Source of the DNA: a bacterium
GTDB taxonomy: Bacteria; UBA8248
Length of the DNA: 64,000 bases
Direction: 5' to 3'
Assembly (NCBI GenBank): GCA_965200245.1
Contig: CBDATS010000005.1
Location: 608,001 to 672,000 of the forward strand
Shown here: positions 9,468 to 20,347 of the stretch, one piece after another
Layout: each line of letters opens with the position of its first letter
Numbering within the stretch: the first letter of the stretch is position 1
Notes under the pieces: model-generated
The model's database searches: none
The model's input: the letters and a program-made list of their open reading frames with translations, nothing else
What the model was told of the DNA's origin: nothing
Position numbers and translations under genes: made by a program

Positions 9468-10427
9468 TTACTTTTTGCGCTGCATGGAATCTTGTTCATG
9501 GGACAATACCTGATAATACAACGATTTATGGGTTGAAAACAAGACACCTCGCGCATCTGCGCGCTCAATGAAGCGTCCCGTGATTTCGCGGATTTCACTT
9601 CGGCGGCCTCGCATCAAATCCTGCCACATCGAATTTCTGTTGCCAGCCGTGGCGCGGGCAGTTTCGCGAACAATTTCGAGAACATCAAGCGCCATGCCTT
9701 CTGAGTCAATGAGTGCTTGCAATTCTTCCGCCAGAGCGTCCACAAGCACGGCGGAGGCGCGTGTTTCCAGCAACTCGCCGTTTCTGAGTTCAAGCGCAGT
9801 TCCCAAGGTATTGATAACGGCGTTGGCTACTGCCTTTCTCCATTCCGCCTCCTTGCCGTCTTGTTTTTGTCGGACCCGAATCCCCAAAGGCTGCAGAAAT
9901 TCCGCTAACCGCCCCACCAACTGGGCGTCCCTAGCTGCTCCCGGCTCGGGCGCCAAAGTGACGTCCAGCGCACCGAACTGGTTTACGTGTCCCGGTTTTG
10001 TGATTTCCGCTCCCGTATTGACGAGACCTCTCACGACCCCGCGCTTCTGGAAGGAGAGCGGGAGGTCTTTACAGACGTCCAATCCATTCGAGAAAACGGC
10101 CGTGATCGTTTCACTACCCATCGTTTCGAAAAATTCATCAGCCGCCTCTGCAATTCGACCCGCCTTCACGGTGAAGAAAAGGTGCGAGGCTATAAGCTTT
10201 ACGGCTCCCTTGCATACCCGTGGTCGAGCGGTATAAGTCACCTCGCCGTGAATATGGACGCCGTCTTTTTCAATTTCATCCAGATGCGCGGAAGTTTCCG
10301 AGCTTGAATTCGCGGAACCTACCAGATAAACGCAACTCTCGGAAAGGTTTTTCTGCAACTGCGCCGCAAGCATGGTTCCCATAGCACCGGGGCCAGCAAC
10401 AACGATGGCTCGAGTATTTTCTGTCAA
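9468..10427 (-). CDS. panE: Ketopantoate reductase (ApbA/PanE family), divergent
   Basis: GPGAMG Rossmann motif, W-x-K..N..IN and NRNSMWQDL..R.SEI..I.G; adjacent to panB. Confidence 0.8.
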   Translation of the reverse strand: MTENTRAIVVAGPGAMGTMLAAQLQKNLSESCVYLVGSANSSSETSAHLDEIEKDGVHIHGEVTYTARPRVCKGAVKLIASHLFFTVKAGRIAEAADEFFETMGSETITAVFSNGLDVCKDLPLSFQKRGVVRGLVNTGAEITKPGHVNQFGALDVTLAPEPGAARDAQLVGRLAEFLQPLGIRVRQKQDGKEAEWRKAVANAVINTLGTALELRNGELLETRASAVLVDALAEELQALIDSEGMALDVLEIVRETARATAGNRNSMWQDLMRGRRSEIREITGRFIERADARGVLFSTHKSLYYQVLSHEQDSMQRKK

Positions 10428-10436
10428 GAGTCACAC

Positions 10437-11297
10437 CTAGCTGCCAAGGGAGCGCCAGAGGAGCAAAACACCCACGAAGATGAAGATGAAGGCCAGGAAC
10501 ATCTTCATCTTCTCACCGTCGACGCGGTTGTTGATAAAGGGGGATGTCTGACCGCCGCAGGCAACCGCGGGAATCGTCATGAACAGGATGTTCCAGTGCA
10601 CGTTCACCTCGTCGGAATAAAACACGTAGGCGTGCACCAAGGTGGCAGGCAACACCGTAGCGAAGACAATAAGAATTCCCGTGCCCACAGCGACGCGGAC
10701 AGGCAGTTTGTCCTTCACGATCAGGGCTGTGGTCGTGAGTTCACCAATGCCGACGCCTGTAAACCCCACGAGAACACCGCCAAAGGCCGACCAGCTATAT
10801 CCGAAGACCCCGTGTTCGTAACGGTACCAATACTTTCTGCCAGCCGTATCCATGCGGGTGGGTATTCCGGCACCCTCCATCTGTTCCGCCTCTTGGATTC
10901 CTCCCTGAAAGTAAGCGAACAGCATGGCAACCGAGAGAAACACCATCATCCCGCCCAGAAAACCCAGAATAAGCTCAGCAGGCACCGAATGGGCTAGGAA
11001 GCCAAACGCCATACCAACGGGAACGGACACGACGAGCACTTTCTTGGCGATAGCGTAATCGACCAGCCCTCTCCTCATATAGCCGATGAGCGCGCTACCG
11101 AAACCGAAAGTCTTGATGAAAAGCGCCAAGAATACGGCTTCCAGCGGAACGATAGTCACCCCCGCCGCCCACGGAAAGAGGAGGACGAATATGGGCACAA
11201 AGAAAACCGCGCTCCCCACGCTCGTGCTCGTCGCCGTAAGGCACACGCAAAACGCGATGGGTAGCATCCACCAGAACTCGAAAATGTATTCTATCAA
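10437..11297 (-). CDS. TauE/SafE (TSUP) family membrane permease
   Basis: About 8 TM helices in two repeats, with G-rich GxxGVGIG and AVGT motifs. Confidence 0.8.
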   Translation of the reverse strand: MIEYIFEFWWMLPIAFCVCLTATSTSVGSAVFFVPIFVLLFPWAAGVTIVPLEAVFLALFIKTFGFGSALIGYMRRGLVDYAIAKKVLVVSVPVGMAFGFLAHSVPAELILGFLGGMMVFLSVAMLFAYFQGGIQEAEQMEGAGIPTRMDTAGRKYWYRYEHGVFGYSWSAFGGVLVGFTGVGIGELTTTALIVKDKLPVRVAVGTGILIVFATVLPATLVHAYVFYSDEVNVHWNILFMTIPAVACGGQTSPFINNRVDGEKMKMFLAFIFIFVGVLLLWRSLGS

Positions 11298-11386
11298 GGC
11301 GCCGGTCTTCCTTTATGAAGAACTATTGAGCACAAAACATCAAATCGACTTATGAAGCCGCAGCGGGGAGACAGCATGATCCACCA

Positions 11387-12265
11387 TCAGGAAGCAACGC
11401 TTCCCCGGCGGATGGCCTCGCCCATGCGCACCGCCTCGACGGCCGCCCCCACGTCGTGGGTGCGTATCATGTCCGCACCGCCGACGACGGCGAAAGCCTC
11501 GGCGACTTTCGAGCCAATCAACCGCTCTCCCGCCGCCTCGACGCCCGTAATCACCCCGATGAAACGCTTTCTTGAAACACCGACTACAAGGGGTCGGCCC
11601 AAACCCCTCAGCATATCCAGTTGTCTCAATATCTCAAGATTGTGATTCCAGGATTTCCCGAAACCGACGCCCGGATCGATGAGAACCGAACTTATGCCGT
11701 CGCGTTCGGCCTGAAGCACACTTTCTCGCAGATAGTCGGACAACTCGCCCATGAGGTCTGCGTATTCAGGATTCTCTTGCATTGAGCGCGGCTCGCCCTT
11801 TATGTGCATGGCGACGGCCGCTGCGCCGAACTCGGCGATCACCTCGCGCATATCGGGGTCGTGAAGACCGGTGATATCGTTCACTATATGAGCACCTGCC
11901 TCAAGTGCCACTCTCGCCACACCGGCCTTGGACGTATCCACCGAGACGAGGGGGCCATTTTCCATATCCATTCGCTCTAGAATCGGAAGTATCCGCCGGA
12001 TTTCCTCCACCTCGCCTACTCCACTCGATCCGGGCCTGGTGCTCTCACCGCCCACGTCGATGACGTCAGCACCCTCATCCCTCATCCGCGCGATCTGCTC
12101 AAGCGCTGCATGTAGGTCAAAAAACTCCCCGCCATCCGAAAAGCTGTCGGGTGTGACGTTCAGAACACCCATAACCTGCACCCGCTCGAAACCAAGCTCG
12201 CGTCCACGGCACTTCACGGCGGGCGCGGGAGACCACTTCTCAGGCGCGAAGCGCAGACCATCCAT
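11387..12265 (-). CDS. folP: Dihydropteroate synthase
   Basis: MGVLNVTPDSFSDGG, DVGGESTRPG, DPGVGFGK, SRKRFIG and RTHDV; start overlaps the folC stop. Confidence 0.96.
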   Translation of the reverse strand: MDGLRFAPEKWSPAPAVKCRGRELGFERVQVMGVLNVTPDSFSDGGEFFDLHAALEQIARMRDEGADVIDVGGESTRPGSSGVGEVEEIRRILPILERMDMENGPLVSVDTSKAGVARVALEAGAHIVNDITGLHDPDMREVIAEFGAAAVAMHIKGEPRSMQENPEYADLMGELSDYLRESVLQAERDGISSVLIDPGVGFGKSWNHNLEILRQLDMLRGLGRPLVVGVSRKRFIGVITGVEAAGERLIGSKVAEAFAVVGGADMIRTHDVGAAVEAVRMGEAIRRGSVAS

Positions 12266-13698
12266 CACAGGAACACCCCGGGCGGAAACGCGCTGCCGCT
12301 TTCGACGATTCGTTCCTCGCTTACCCAGCGGCGCCTGAGTTCGCCGGCAAGGAACATCGACCCTATGATAATAACGAGGTCGTTTTCCCCAGCCCCTTCG
12401 AGCGCTTCGTCGAGCGCCACCCATGCGTCGATACGCTTCTCCACGTCGGCGGCCCCTGCCTCTTCGAGGGCGTGCGCGAAAACATCTGGTGAGAGGCCGG
12501 GTCTTGGCGCGCTCGCCGGCGGGAGCGTGACGAAAAACCTGTCGCCCACAGGAGCGAACACTTCCGCCATCCCATTGAAATCTTTGTCGTTCACTGCCCC
12601 GAGAACAAAGATGAGCCGATCGAACGTCCAGTTCGAGACGCCCTCTACCAGTGCCTGCGCCTTATCCCGGTTGTGCGCGCCGTCGAGCAGGACCACAGGG
12701 TTGGACTGCACCAGTTCCATCCGACACGGCAGGCGCGCCGAAGCGATACCCCACCGCACATCACGCTCTCCTAGGCCCAACAGCCGGCATGCTTCGGCGG
12801 CGAGGCCCGCGTTTTGTGCCTGATGGGCACCGGGCATGGCTGTCGAGAGAGTCTCCCACCGGGCGCCGTCTTCGAACGCCAGATCGAAACTAGCGCTATC
12901 GGGTCGTAAGGCGAGGTTCTCGACACGGGGCGGAGGATAAAGGAGAGCATCACGCTCGAAGGCGACACGTTCGATTTCAACGTGCGCCTCGGGTGGAACG
13001 ACCTGCAAGATAACGCGGCCTTTTTCCGTGATGATACCCGCCTTGTCGCGCGCAATCTGTGCAATGGAGTCGCCGAGCAAGTCAGTGTGGTCCAGCCCGA
13101 TTGAGGTGATCATGTCGAGGACGGCGGGTCCCACAGCGTTCGTAGCGTCGAACGCACCGCCTAAACCCGCTTCAAGAACGAGGTATTCGCACTCCTCTTC
13201 TTTGGCCATCAAAAGCAAAAGCGCGAGCGTCGCTTCAAAAAACGATGGCGGCCCAAACTCTGGTTCTCCCGCCATTTGCGCGACGGCTTCAGCAAGACGC
13301 CTCGCGCATCGCCCGATCAGGCCTGCTTCGGCGAAACGGCCCCGAACCCAGAAACGCTCGATGATGGAAGTGAGATGAGGCGAGAAAAAAGCCGCCGTTC
13401 TCTTGCCCGACGCCAAGAGGGACTGTGCCACCATGAGCACAGTCGAGCCCTTCCCACTCGTGCCTACGACGTGGACGACCGATTGCCCCTGCCCGGGCAC
13501 TTCGAGGATTTCGAACAATCGCGCTGCGCGTGCGAGCCCCGGGCCTTCTACCTTGATACCGCGAGGATCGAAACGCCTACGCCAGGATTTCTTGGGAAGC
13601 GCGGCCAAGACGCTCAGAAAAACCTCGATCCGCCGTAGCGTCTCCGTAGGGGCTAGCGATTCTTCCAGAATGGGGGGAGCGAGAATATCTCGGGACAT
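12265..13698 (-). CDS. folC: Folylpolyglutamate synthase/dihydrofolate synthase
   Basis: HVVGTSGKGST, SPHL, EAGLGGAFDATN, IGLDH, DKAGII and LDGAHN; upstream of folP. Confidence 0.88.
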   Translation of the reverse strand: MSRDILAPPILEESLAPTETLRRIEVFLSVLAALPKKSWRRRFDPRGIKVEGPGLARAARLFEILEVPGQGQSVVHVVGTSGKGSTVLMVAQSLLASGKRTAAFFSPHLTSIIERFWVRGRFAEAGLIGRCARRLAEAVAQMAGEPEFGPPSFFEATLALLLLMAKEEECEYLVLEAGLGGAFDATNAVGPAVLDMITSIGLDHTDLLGDSIAQIARDKAGIITEKGRVILQVVPPEAHVEIERVAFERDALLYPPPRVENLALRPDSASFDLAFEDGARWETLSTAMPGAHQAQNAGLAAEACRLLGLGERDVRWGIASARLPCRMELVQSNPVVLLDGAHNRDKAQALVEGVSNWTFDRLIFVLGAVNDKDFNGMAEVFAPVGDRFFVTLPPASAPRPGLSPDVFAHALEEAGAADVEKRIDAWVALDEALEGAGENDLVIIIGSMFLAGELRRRWVSEERIVESGSAFPPGVFL

Positions 13699-13699
13699 C

Positions 13700-15241
13700 T
13701 CAATGTCTGAAATGGCGTCTGCCCGTGAAGACCATGGCGATATCGTGCTCGGCCGCTGCCTGGATAACTTCTTCATCGCGCATGGATCCACCCGGCTGGG
13801 CTATCGCCTTCACGCCGTGAGAGGCAGCGGTGTCGATTCCGTCTCGGAACGGGAAAAAGGCATCTGACCCCAAGGCGCATCCTGCAAGCGGCAAAACGGC
13901 GCGCTCTGCAGCCAGTCGGGTGGAGTCTACCCGACTCATCTGGCCCGCGCCAACGCCAACCGTACCATTCTTGTCGGCCATGACGATGGCGTTGCTCTTC
14001 ACGTGGCGTGCTACACGCCAAGCGATCCTGAGTGCTTTTTCCTCATCCATAGAAGGCGCGCGAGAGGTGACGACCTCCCAGCGAAACTCCTGCTCCGAGA
14101 GGCTATCGCGCTCCTGCATTAGCACCCCGCCGGGTATCGAGCGCACTTCCAGCCCGGCGGGTCCGGAATCGCCCCCTAAGCCGTCCATCCGCAGGATTAT
14201 CAGATTCTTTTTTTTCCGCATGATGGCGAGCGCTTCATCATCGAAACCGGGAGCGACAACCACTTCGACGAAGAGGCTTCGCATGGCCTCGGCAGTTTGC
14301 GCGGTAACTTTACGGTTATAGCCGATCACGCTGCCAAAGGCCGAAACTGGATCACACACGAGCGCACGCTCATAAGCGGTCTCTTGGGTATCGCCCAAGC
14401 CTACGCCGCACGGATTGGTGTGCTTGATAATGGCGCAGCCTATGCCTTCGAGATCATGCGCGAGTTCGGCGGCACTGGCAGCGTCCAGAAGATTATTGAA
14501 GGAGAGTTCCTTGCCGCCCAGAACTTCCGCGTCACAAAGAGAAAAACCGCCCCGGGCACCCAAGCGATAGAGCGCGCCCTTCTGGTGTGGATTCTCCCCG
14601 TAGCGAAGCGTCTGAACGCGCTCGAGATCTATCGCAATACGCTCATGAAGTTTGTCTCCCTCGCCATTATCCAGATAACCGGAAATAGCGGCATCATAGC
14701 TCGCCGTGTGGCGAAACGCCTTCAAGGCCAGACCGGTCAGCCAGTCGGACGGAAAATCCCCGCCGTTTCGGACGTGGGCGATGGCGTCAGGGTAATCGCC
14801 TGGATCTACGAGCACAGCCACGCGGCCATGGTTCTTTGAAGCTGCGCGCACCATGGTGGGACCGCCGATGTCAATTTGCTCAATCACCTCCTCACGCGTG
14901 ACACGGGGCTTGGCTGCAACCTCCCGGAAGGGATAGAGATTCACAGCCACCAGATCGATGGGCACGATGTCGTTCGTCAGCATCTCCTCTCTTTGCTCGG
15001 GAAGGAGCGCCAATATGCCCCCCAGCACTTTGGGATGAAGCGTCTTGACGCGCCCGCCCATAATTTCGGGATGCCCCGTATAATCGGAAATCTCCCGTAC
15101 GGAAACGCCCTCATCGCGCAACGATTTCGCCGTACCGCCCGTGGAAAGCACCTCCCAACCTGCCTCGACCAAAGCGGCGCCCAGTCCCACGGCACCTCGC
15201 TTGTCGCTCACACTGATGATAGCGTGGCGTTTCTCGCTCAT
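13700..15241 (-). CDS. purH: Bifunctional AICAR transformylase/IMP cyclohydrolase
   Basis: ISVSDK, GRVKTLHP, IDIGGPTM, LRYGENPHQ, SDAFFPF and RHFRH. Confidence 0.97.
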   Translation of the reverse strand: MSEKRHAIISVSDKRGAVGLGAALVEAGWEVLSTGGTAKSLRDEGVSVREISDYTGHPEIMGGRVKTLHPKVLGGILALLPEQREEMLTNDIVPIDLVAVNLYPFREVAAKPRVTREEVIEQIDIGGPTMVRAASKNHGRVAVLVDPGDYPDAIAHVRNGGDFPSDWLTGLALKAFRHTASYDAAISGYLDNGEGDKLHERIAIDLERVQTLRYGENPHQKGALYRLGARGGFSLCDAEVLGGKELSFNNLLDAASAAELAHDLEGIGCAIIKHTNPCGVGLGDTQETAYERALVCDPVSAFGSVIGYNRKVTAQTAEAMRSLFVEVVVAPGFDDEALAIMRKKKNLIILRMDGLGGDSGPAGLEVRSIPGGVLMQERDSLSEQEFRWEVVTSRAPSMDEEKALRIAWRVARHVKSNAIVMADKNGTVGVGAGQMSRVDSTRLAAERAVLPLAGCALGSDAFFPFRDGIDTAASHGVKAIAQPGGSMRDEEVIQAAAEHDIAMVFTGRRHFRH

Positions 15242-15244
15242 GGG

Positions 15245-16489
15245 TTATGCTTCCTCCCGGCGCACTTCGTATCCTTCCTGCAACAATATCTGTATCAGAT
15301 TTTCGAGATGCTCCCGCCCGCGAACCTCCATATGAAGAGTCGAGAGTGTATGGTTGATGGGCACTTCGGTCGAAAGCCTGTCATGTTCGATGTGGATGAT
15401 GTTCACCCGGCAATCGGCCACAATTTTGGAAAGTCGCATCAACGCGCCGGGCACGTCGTGCAGCGGTACCTGTATCCGTGCGTAGCGGTTCGCGAGTGCC
15501 AGCCCCTTGCCGATGATGCGCGAGAGCAAGTTGACGTCGAGGTTCCCGCCACTGATCAGGGCAACCACCTTGCCGCTTACCCTGGTTTTCCTCTCGATGA
15601 GCGCCGCCAAGGAAGAAGCCCCCGCCGCCTCGCTCAGCATCCGTTCACGTTCCAGCAGCCCCAAGATGGCATTGGCCATCGCATCGTCGGAGACCGAGAC
15701 CACCTGGTCCACCAGGTCCTGAATCAGCGGGAAACAAAGTTCTCCGTTTCGCTTGACGGCAATCCCATCCGCAATCGTCTGGACGGTTTTCGATTCGACG
15801 ATTCTACCTGCATCGAGCGAGCGAATGAGTGCAGCGGCCCCCTCGGCCACCACGCCAATCAAGCGCACGTCGGGCTTTCTGGTCTTCATCACCGCTGCGA
15901 GACCTGAGATGAGGCCACCGCCGCCTACTGGCACGAGGATGGTCCCCACATCGGGCACGTCTTCGAGTATCTCAATGCCGAGCGTACCCTGGCCCACAAT
16001 GACGTCGGGGTGATCGAAAGGTGGGATCATCGTCAATCCGCGATCTTCCTCGTAAGAGCGCGCACGCGCATAGGCGTCATCAAACGATGTGCCGAACAGT
16101 TCCGTCTCAGCACCCAAAGCGCGAACGGCGTCCAGCTTGGTGTTCGGAGTCGCTTCGGGCATCACGACGAGCGCCCTTACGCCCAACTGCTTGGCAGCGA
16201 AGGCCACACCTTGGGCGTGGTTTCCCGCGCTCGCAGTGACGACACCCCACTGAAGCTGTCCAAGTTCGAGTTTCTGCAGGGCATAGAGAGCACCGCGTAC
16301 CTTGAACGAGCCCGTGCGCTGGAAGTTTTCCGGCTTGAGATATATTTCAACACCCAATTGCTCGGAAAAATTCTCGCTGAGACGGGCGGGAGTCGGCCGC
16401 AAATACGGTGATATCGCTTCCGCCGCCCGAACTGTTTCGGAGGCAATAAGCGTTGGTTCCAACGCTTTTTGTGACACATGGGATTCCAT
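15245..16489 (-). CDS. ilvA: Threonine ammonia-lyase (PLP) with C-terminal ACT domain
   Basis: QRTGSFKVRGA, SAGNHAQG, PVGGGGLI and SGGN motifs, plus an ACT domain (D.PGAL). Confidence 0.92.
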   Translation of the reverse strand: MESHVSQKALEPTLIASETVRAAEAISPYLRPTPARLSENFSEQLGVEIYLKPENFQRTGSFKVRGALYALQKLELGQLQWGVVTASAGNHAQGVAFAAKQLGVRALVVMPEATPNTKLDAVRALGAETELFGTSFDDAYARARSYEEDRGLTMIPPFDHPDVIVGQGTLGIEILEDVPDVGTILVPVGGGGLISGLAAVMKTRKPDVRLIGVVAEGAAALIRSLDAGRIVESKTVQTIADGIAVKRNGELCFPLIQDLVDQVVSVSDDAMANAILGLLERERMLSEAAGASSLAALIERKTRVSGKVVALISGGNLDVNLLSRIIGKGLALANRYARIQVPLHDVPGALMRLSKIVADCRVNIIHIEHDRLSTEVPINHTLSTLHMEVRGREHLENLIQILLQEGYEVRREEA

Positions 16490-16637
16490 TCGTCCGTGTT
16501 TTCCTTTGTCCTGTGCGAGCGAAAAAGCGCTCTTATCACCCCGGCACCCACCCGTCTTCAAACGGCCAGCCTTTATTCAAGCATCGGGAGACGCGAAGCA
16601 GGTGTTGCCTCGGCATGCAACGCACGCCTGAACATAT

Positions 16638-17005
<368 letters not shown>

Positions 17006-17079
17006 GATGTTTCATTTGCCAGCACCACTGTCTGCACTATTGTCGATCAGTAAGCAATGAGGTGCTCGCTTACCTTTTA

Positions 17080-17493
17080 TCAACTCTCTGCACCTTGGAT
17101 GGCGCGATTGGCGGCGGAGTCGGCAGCCATGTTTTCACCTCGGGGCACGTGGCGTACATCGACGGACGTGAATTTCCTGGCCGTCTCTTTCGCCTGTTGA
17201 TACAAGGACTTGAGAGACGCGTTCTTGACTCGATACTCACCGCTCCACTGTCGCGCCATGAGTTCGGAATCCGTCACAATTTCCACGCTTGATGCATTGA
17301 GCATCGCCGCGCGCTCAAGACCCAACAAAAAAGCCTGGTATTCGGCCGCGTTGTTCGTCGCTATTCCGAGAAATTTCGTTTCCTCGGCCACGAAATTGCC
17401 CGCATCGTCATACAAAAGCGCGGCAGCACCCGCAGGGCCGGGATTGCCCCGTGCGGCGCCGTCCGTATAAATCCGCAGGTGTCCTCCCATCAT
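17080..17493 (-). CDS. rnhA: Ribonuclease HI family protein
   Basis: YTDGAARGNPGPAG, TNNAAEY, DSEL and HVPRGENMAAD. Confidence 0.9.
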   Translation of the reverse strand: MMGGHLRIYTDGAARGNPGPAGAAALLYDDAGNFVAEETKFLGIATNNAAEYQAFLLGLERAAMLNASSVEIVTDSELMARQWSGEYRVKNASLKSLYQQAKETARKFTSVDVRHVPRGENMAADSAANRAIQGAES

Positions 17494-18242
17494 TCGGCGT
17501 CCACCGCAGGCAAACTCAACTCCACGCTCTCGCCCTCCTCATGGTAGTAGAGGATGCGCTTGCAATTCGAACACGTGTATATCTTGTCCTCTGAGTCCCG
17601 TATTTCCAAAAAGCGCTTGATGGTCTCCGCCATGCGGCAGCCCTGGCAGGTGCGATTGACGACGGCGCAAACGGCCAAACCTTTGCGTGATTTCCTCAAG
17701 TTGCGGTAGCGTTCCATCCACTCCCGGCTTATGTCGCTTGCAAGCGCTTTCGACTTTTCGAGGAGTGCGTTTAACTCACGCTCGAATTCCGCGAGACGAT
17801 TTTCATATTTCTTGACCTCTCCTCCCACCTTGCCCCGGGCTAAATCCAACTCGCCACGTGCGTCCGCAAGCTTTTCCTCGTGCGCTGGCATGCTCTCCAT
17901 AATACCAAGGACGATATCCTCTAGTGCGCTGATGCGTTCTTGATACCCCACGATCTCCGCTCCCAGTGCGCGGTATTCCTCATTCGTCTTGACGAGTGTC
18001 TGCTTGCCACGCGTGTCCCTAAGCTTCTGATCAAAGGACTGAATTTCACCCTCCGACTCGCGCAATTTCTTCCTGGCGGCTTCGACTTCCCTCTCGATTT
18101 CCTCTACTGAGGACTCAAAGCTCGTCATGTAGCACTTTTCCTTTTCGATGGAGGCGGGAATCTTGGCAATCGTATCGCGGCATCTATCTAGCTGGACGTC
18201 AATCGCCTGAAGCTCCATCAAGGCCGTCAGTTCCGGGTGCAC
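17490..18242 (-). CDS. Coiled-coil C4-type zinc-ribbon protein (DUF164/CT398-like)
   Basis: Long coiled coil followed by CQGC..CSNCKRILY; usual location between rpoD/tRNA and rnhA. Confidence 0.88.
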   Translation of the reverse strand: MHPELTALMELQAIDVQLDRCRDTIAKIPASIEKEKCYMTSFESSVEEIEREVEAARKKLRESEGEIQSFDQKLRDTRGKQTLVKTNEEYRALGAEIVGYQERISALEDIVLGIMESMPAHEEKLADARGELDLARGKVGGEVKKYENRLAEFERELNALLEKSKALASDISREWMERYRNLRKSRKGLAVCAVVNRTCQGCRMAETIKRFLEIRDSEDKIYTCSNCKRILYYHEEGESVELSLPAVDAE

Positions 18243-18287
18243 TGCGCCGTACTCCTCGCATCGTCAGGTTATTGAGCAGAATTCGCG

Positions 18288-18362
18288 TGGTGGGCCCACC
18301 TGGATTCGAACCAAGGACCAGCCGGTTATGAGCCGGCGGCTCTACCGCTGAGCTATGGGCCC
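18288..18362 (-). tRNA. tRNA with CAT anticodon (probably Ile2, lysidine-type; Met not excluded)
   Basis: GGGCCCATAGCTCAGCGGTAGAGC-CGCCGG-CTCATAA-CCGG..GGTTCGAATCC..GGGCCCACCA; the G1-C72 pair excludes the initiator tRNA. Confidence 0.93.
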
Positions 18363-18441
18363 CGATAGCAACGCGACAGCCAAGAGGTATCCACCGGGAA
18401 AGCAGCGCTTCCTCCACTTCGGGTACCGCCTGTTCGCTGTG

Positions 18442-18470
18442 CATATATGACCCCGCGCGCACAATGTCAA
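18442..18470 (-). promoter_or_regulatory. Putative sigma70 promoter for tRNA-CAT
   Basis: TTGACA-17-TATATG. Confidence 0.45.
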
Positions 18471-18488
18471 TCGCGCTAGGTTTCCGAC

Positions 18489-20279
18489 TCAGGCTTCCTC
18501 TTCGATAAAGCTCTTGAGCTTCTTGCTCCGCGAGGGATGGCGGAGTTTCCTGAGTGCCTTCGCTTCGATCTGGCGGATGCGCTCGCGTGTCACGTCGAAA
18601 TCCTGACCCACTTCCTCAAGCGTGTGCTCGTTCTCCGCGCCGATACCGAAGCGCTTGCGCAACACCTTCTCCTCACGCGGGCTCAAGGTCTGGAGCACCT
18701 TCTGGGTCTGTTCCTTGAGGTTGATCTTGATGACGGAATCCTGCGGCACTTCGGCCTTCTTGTCCTCAATGAAGTCGCCCAGTTGGCTATCCTCCTCCTC
18801 GCCGATGGGCGTCTCAAGACTGATAGGTTCCTTGGCAATCTTGAGTACCTTGCGTACCTTGTCAACTGGCATGTCCATCTTCTTGGCGATCTCCTCGGGC
18901 AGCGGTTCGCGCCCGAGTTCCTGGATAAGCTGCCGCGAGGTTCGGATGAGCTTGTTGATGGTCTCGATCATGTGCACGGGAATGCGGATCGTCCGCGCTT
19001 GGTCAGCAATCGCCCGGGTGATGGCTTGGCGAATCCACCAAGTGGCGTAGGTGCTGAACTTGTAGCCGCGCTTGTATTCGAACTTGTCCACCGCCTTCAT
19101 CAAACCGATGTTGCCCTCTTGGATCAGGTCCAAGAACTGGAGCCCCCGGTTCGTGTATTTTTTGGCGATGCTCACGACGAGGCGCAGATTCGCCTCGGCG
19201 AGTTCTTTTTTCGCTTGGCGATCTTTGCGGCGGCCGCGGCGAATCATCTTCAGGGAGTTCTGAAGGTCCTCAAGCGAGGCGCCCGCCTCTTTTTCTGTCG
19301 TGCGGATCTTGCGGCGCACGTTTTTGATGCGGCGATCGTATTCGACGAGAATACTGACGGGGATACGCTTCTCCCCGACCGTGCGGATCGCCGGACCACC
19401 GTTCTTGCCCTTGGACTTCGTAACCTCGCGGATCACGGCGCGCAGCTCAGATTCCTCCATTTCCACTTGGCGCAGATATCCCCCGATCTCTTCTTGATAC
19501 TTGCGCATCGTCTCCACATAGGACTTCACGCGCTCAGCGATGCTGTCAACGCGCTCGGGTCGCAGGTTCATTTCACGGATGCAGGTCGCCACCCTGTCAT
19601 GCGCTCTCTGCACTATGACGGGCTTGTCCTTTTCCGCTTTTTTCTTGTTTAGGTTGCGGAGCTGCGTTTTCAACCTAGTCACGAGCTTGAGTATGCGTCG
19701 CTTGTCTTCTTCGTAGGTGGGCTTTTCCCTCTCTTCATCGTCTGAGGCCGCCTCGTTGGTGACGACGACGAGTTCGGTCACGCCGATCTCGCCTTTCTTG
19801 AGCTCCTCCGCTAATTCCAAAACGGCGTCGATCGCCACCTGTGTGCTCACCGTAGCCTGGCAAACTTCGAGTTGCCCCTCCTCAATCCTCTTAGCGATGG
19901 CGATTTCGCCCTCCCGGCTCAGCAGGGGAATCTGCCCCATCTCGCGCAGGTACATACGCATGGGGTCGTCGGTTTTTCCGTAGGTGGAATCATCGAAGGA
20001 ACTGATCGTCTCTGTGCTCTCCTTCTCCTGGCTAACCGACTCGCTTTTCTTCTTGGCAGCGCGCTTCTCCGCCGACTCGCTGTCAAGAATCTCGATGTCC
20101 ATGTCGCTGAAGAGCACCATGATGTCGTCAATGACCTCGGGCGAGGTTACATCGGGCGGTAAAACGTCGTTCACCTCTTCATAGGTGAGGAAGCCCTTCT
20201 CCTTCCCAAGATCGATAAGGTTCTTGACGTCATCCACCTGGTTCGCTTTTTTCGTCTGCGTCGCTTGCGCCAATGTCAC
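18489..20279 (-). CDS. rpoD: Primary sigma factor RpoD
   Basis: Region 1.1, [37 protein letters not shown] and [10 protein letters not shown]. Confidence 0.98.
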   Translation of the reverse strand: MTLAQATQTKKANQVDDVKNLIDLGKEKGFLTYEEVNDVLPPDVTSPEVIDDIMVLFSDMDIEILDSESAEKRAAKKKSESVSQEKESTETISSFDDSTYGKTDDPMRMYLREMGQIPLLSREGEIAIAKRIEEGQLEVCQATVSTQVAIDAVLELAEELKKGEIGVTELVVVTNEAASDDEEREKPTYEEDKRRILKLVTRLKTQLRNLNKKKAEKDKPVIVQRAHDRVATCIREMNLRPERVDSIAERVKSYVETMRKYQEEIGGYLRQVEMEESELRAVIREVTKSKGKNGGPAIRTVGEKRIPVSILVEYDRRIKNVRRKIRTTEKEAGASLEDLQNSLKMIRRGRRKDRQAKKELAEANLRLVVSIAKKYTNRGLQFLDLIQEGNIGLMKAVDKFEYKRGYKFSTYATWWIRQAITRAIADQARTIRIPVHMIETINKLIRTSRQLIQELGREPLPEEIAKKMDMPVDKVRKVLKIAKEPISLETPIGEEEDSQLGDFIEDKKAEVPQDSVIKINLKEQTQKVLQTLSPREEKVLRKRFGIGAENEHTLEEVGQDFDVTRERIRQIEAKALRKLRHPSRSKKLKSFIEEEA

Positions 20280-20347
20280 CCTCCTTATATCCGGCCAGGC
20301 AATCCGGCCACTACGAACCCATGAAAGTCAAAGTTTCCCGAAACGCT

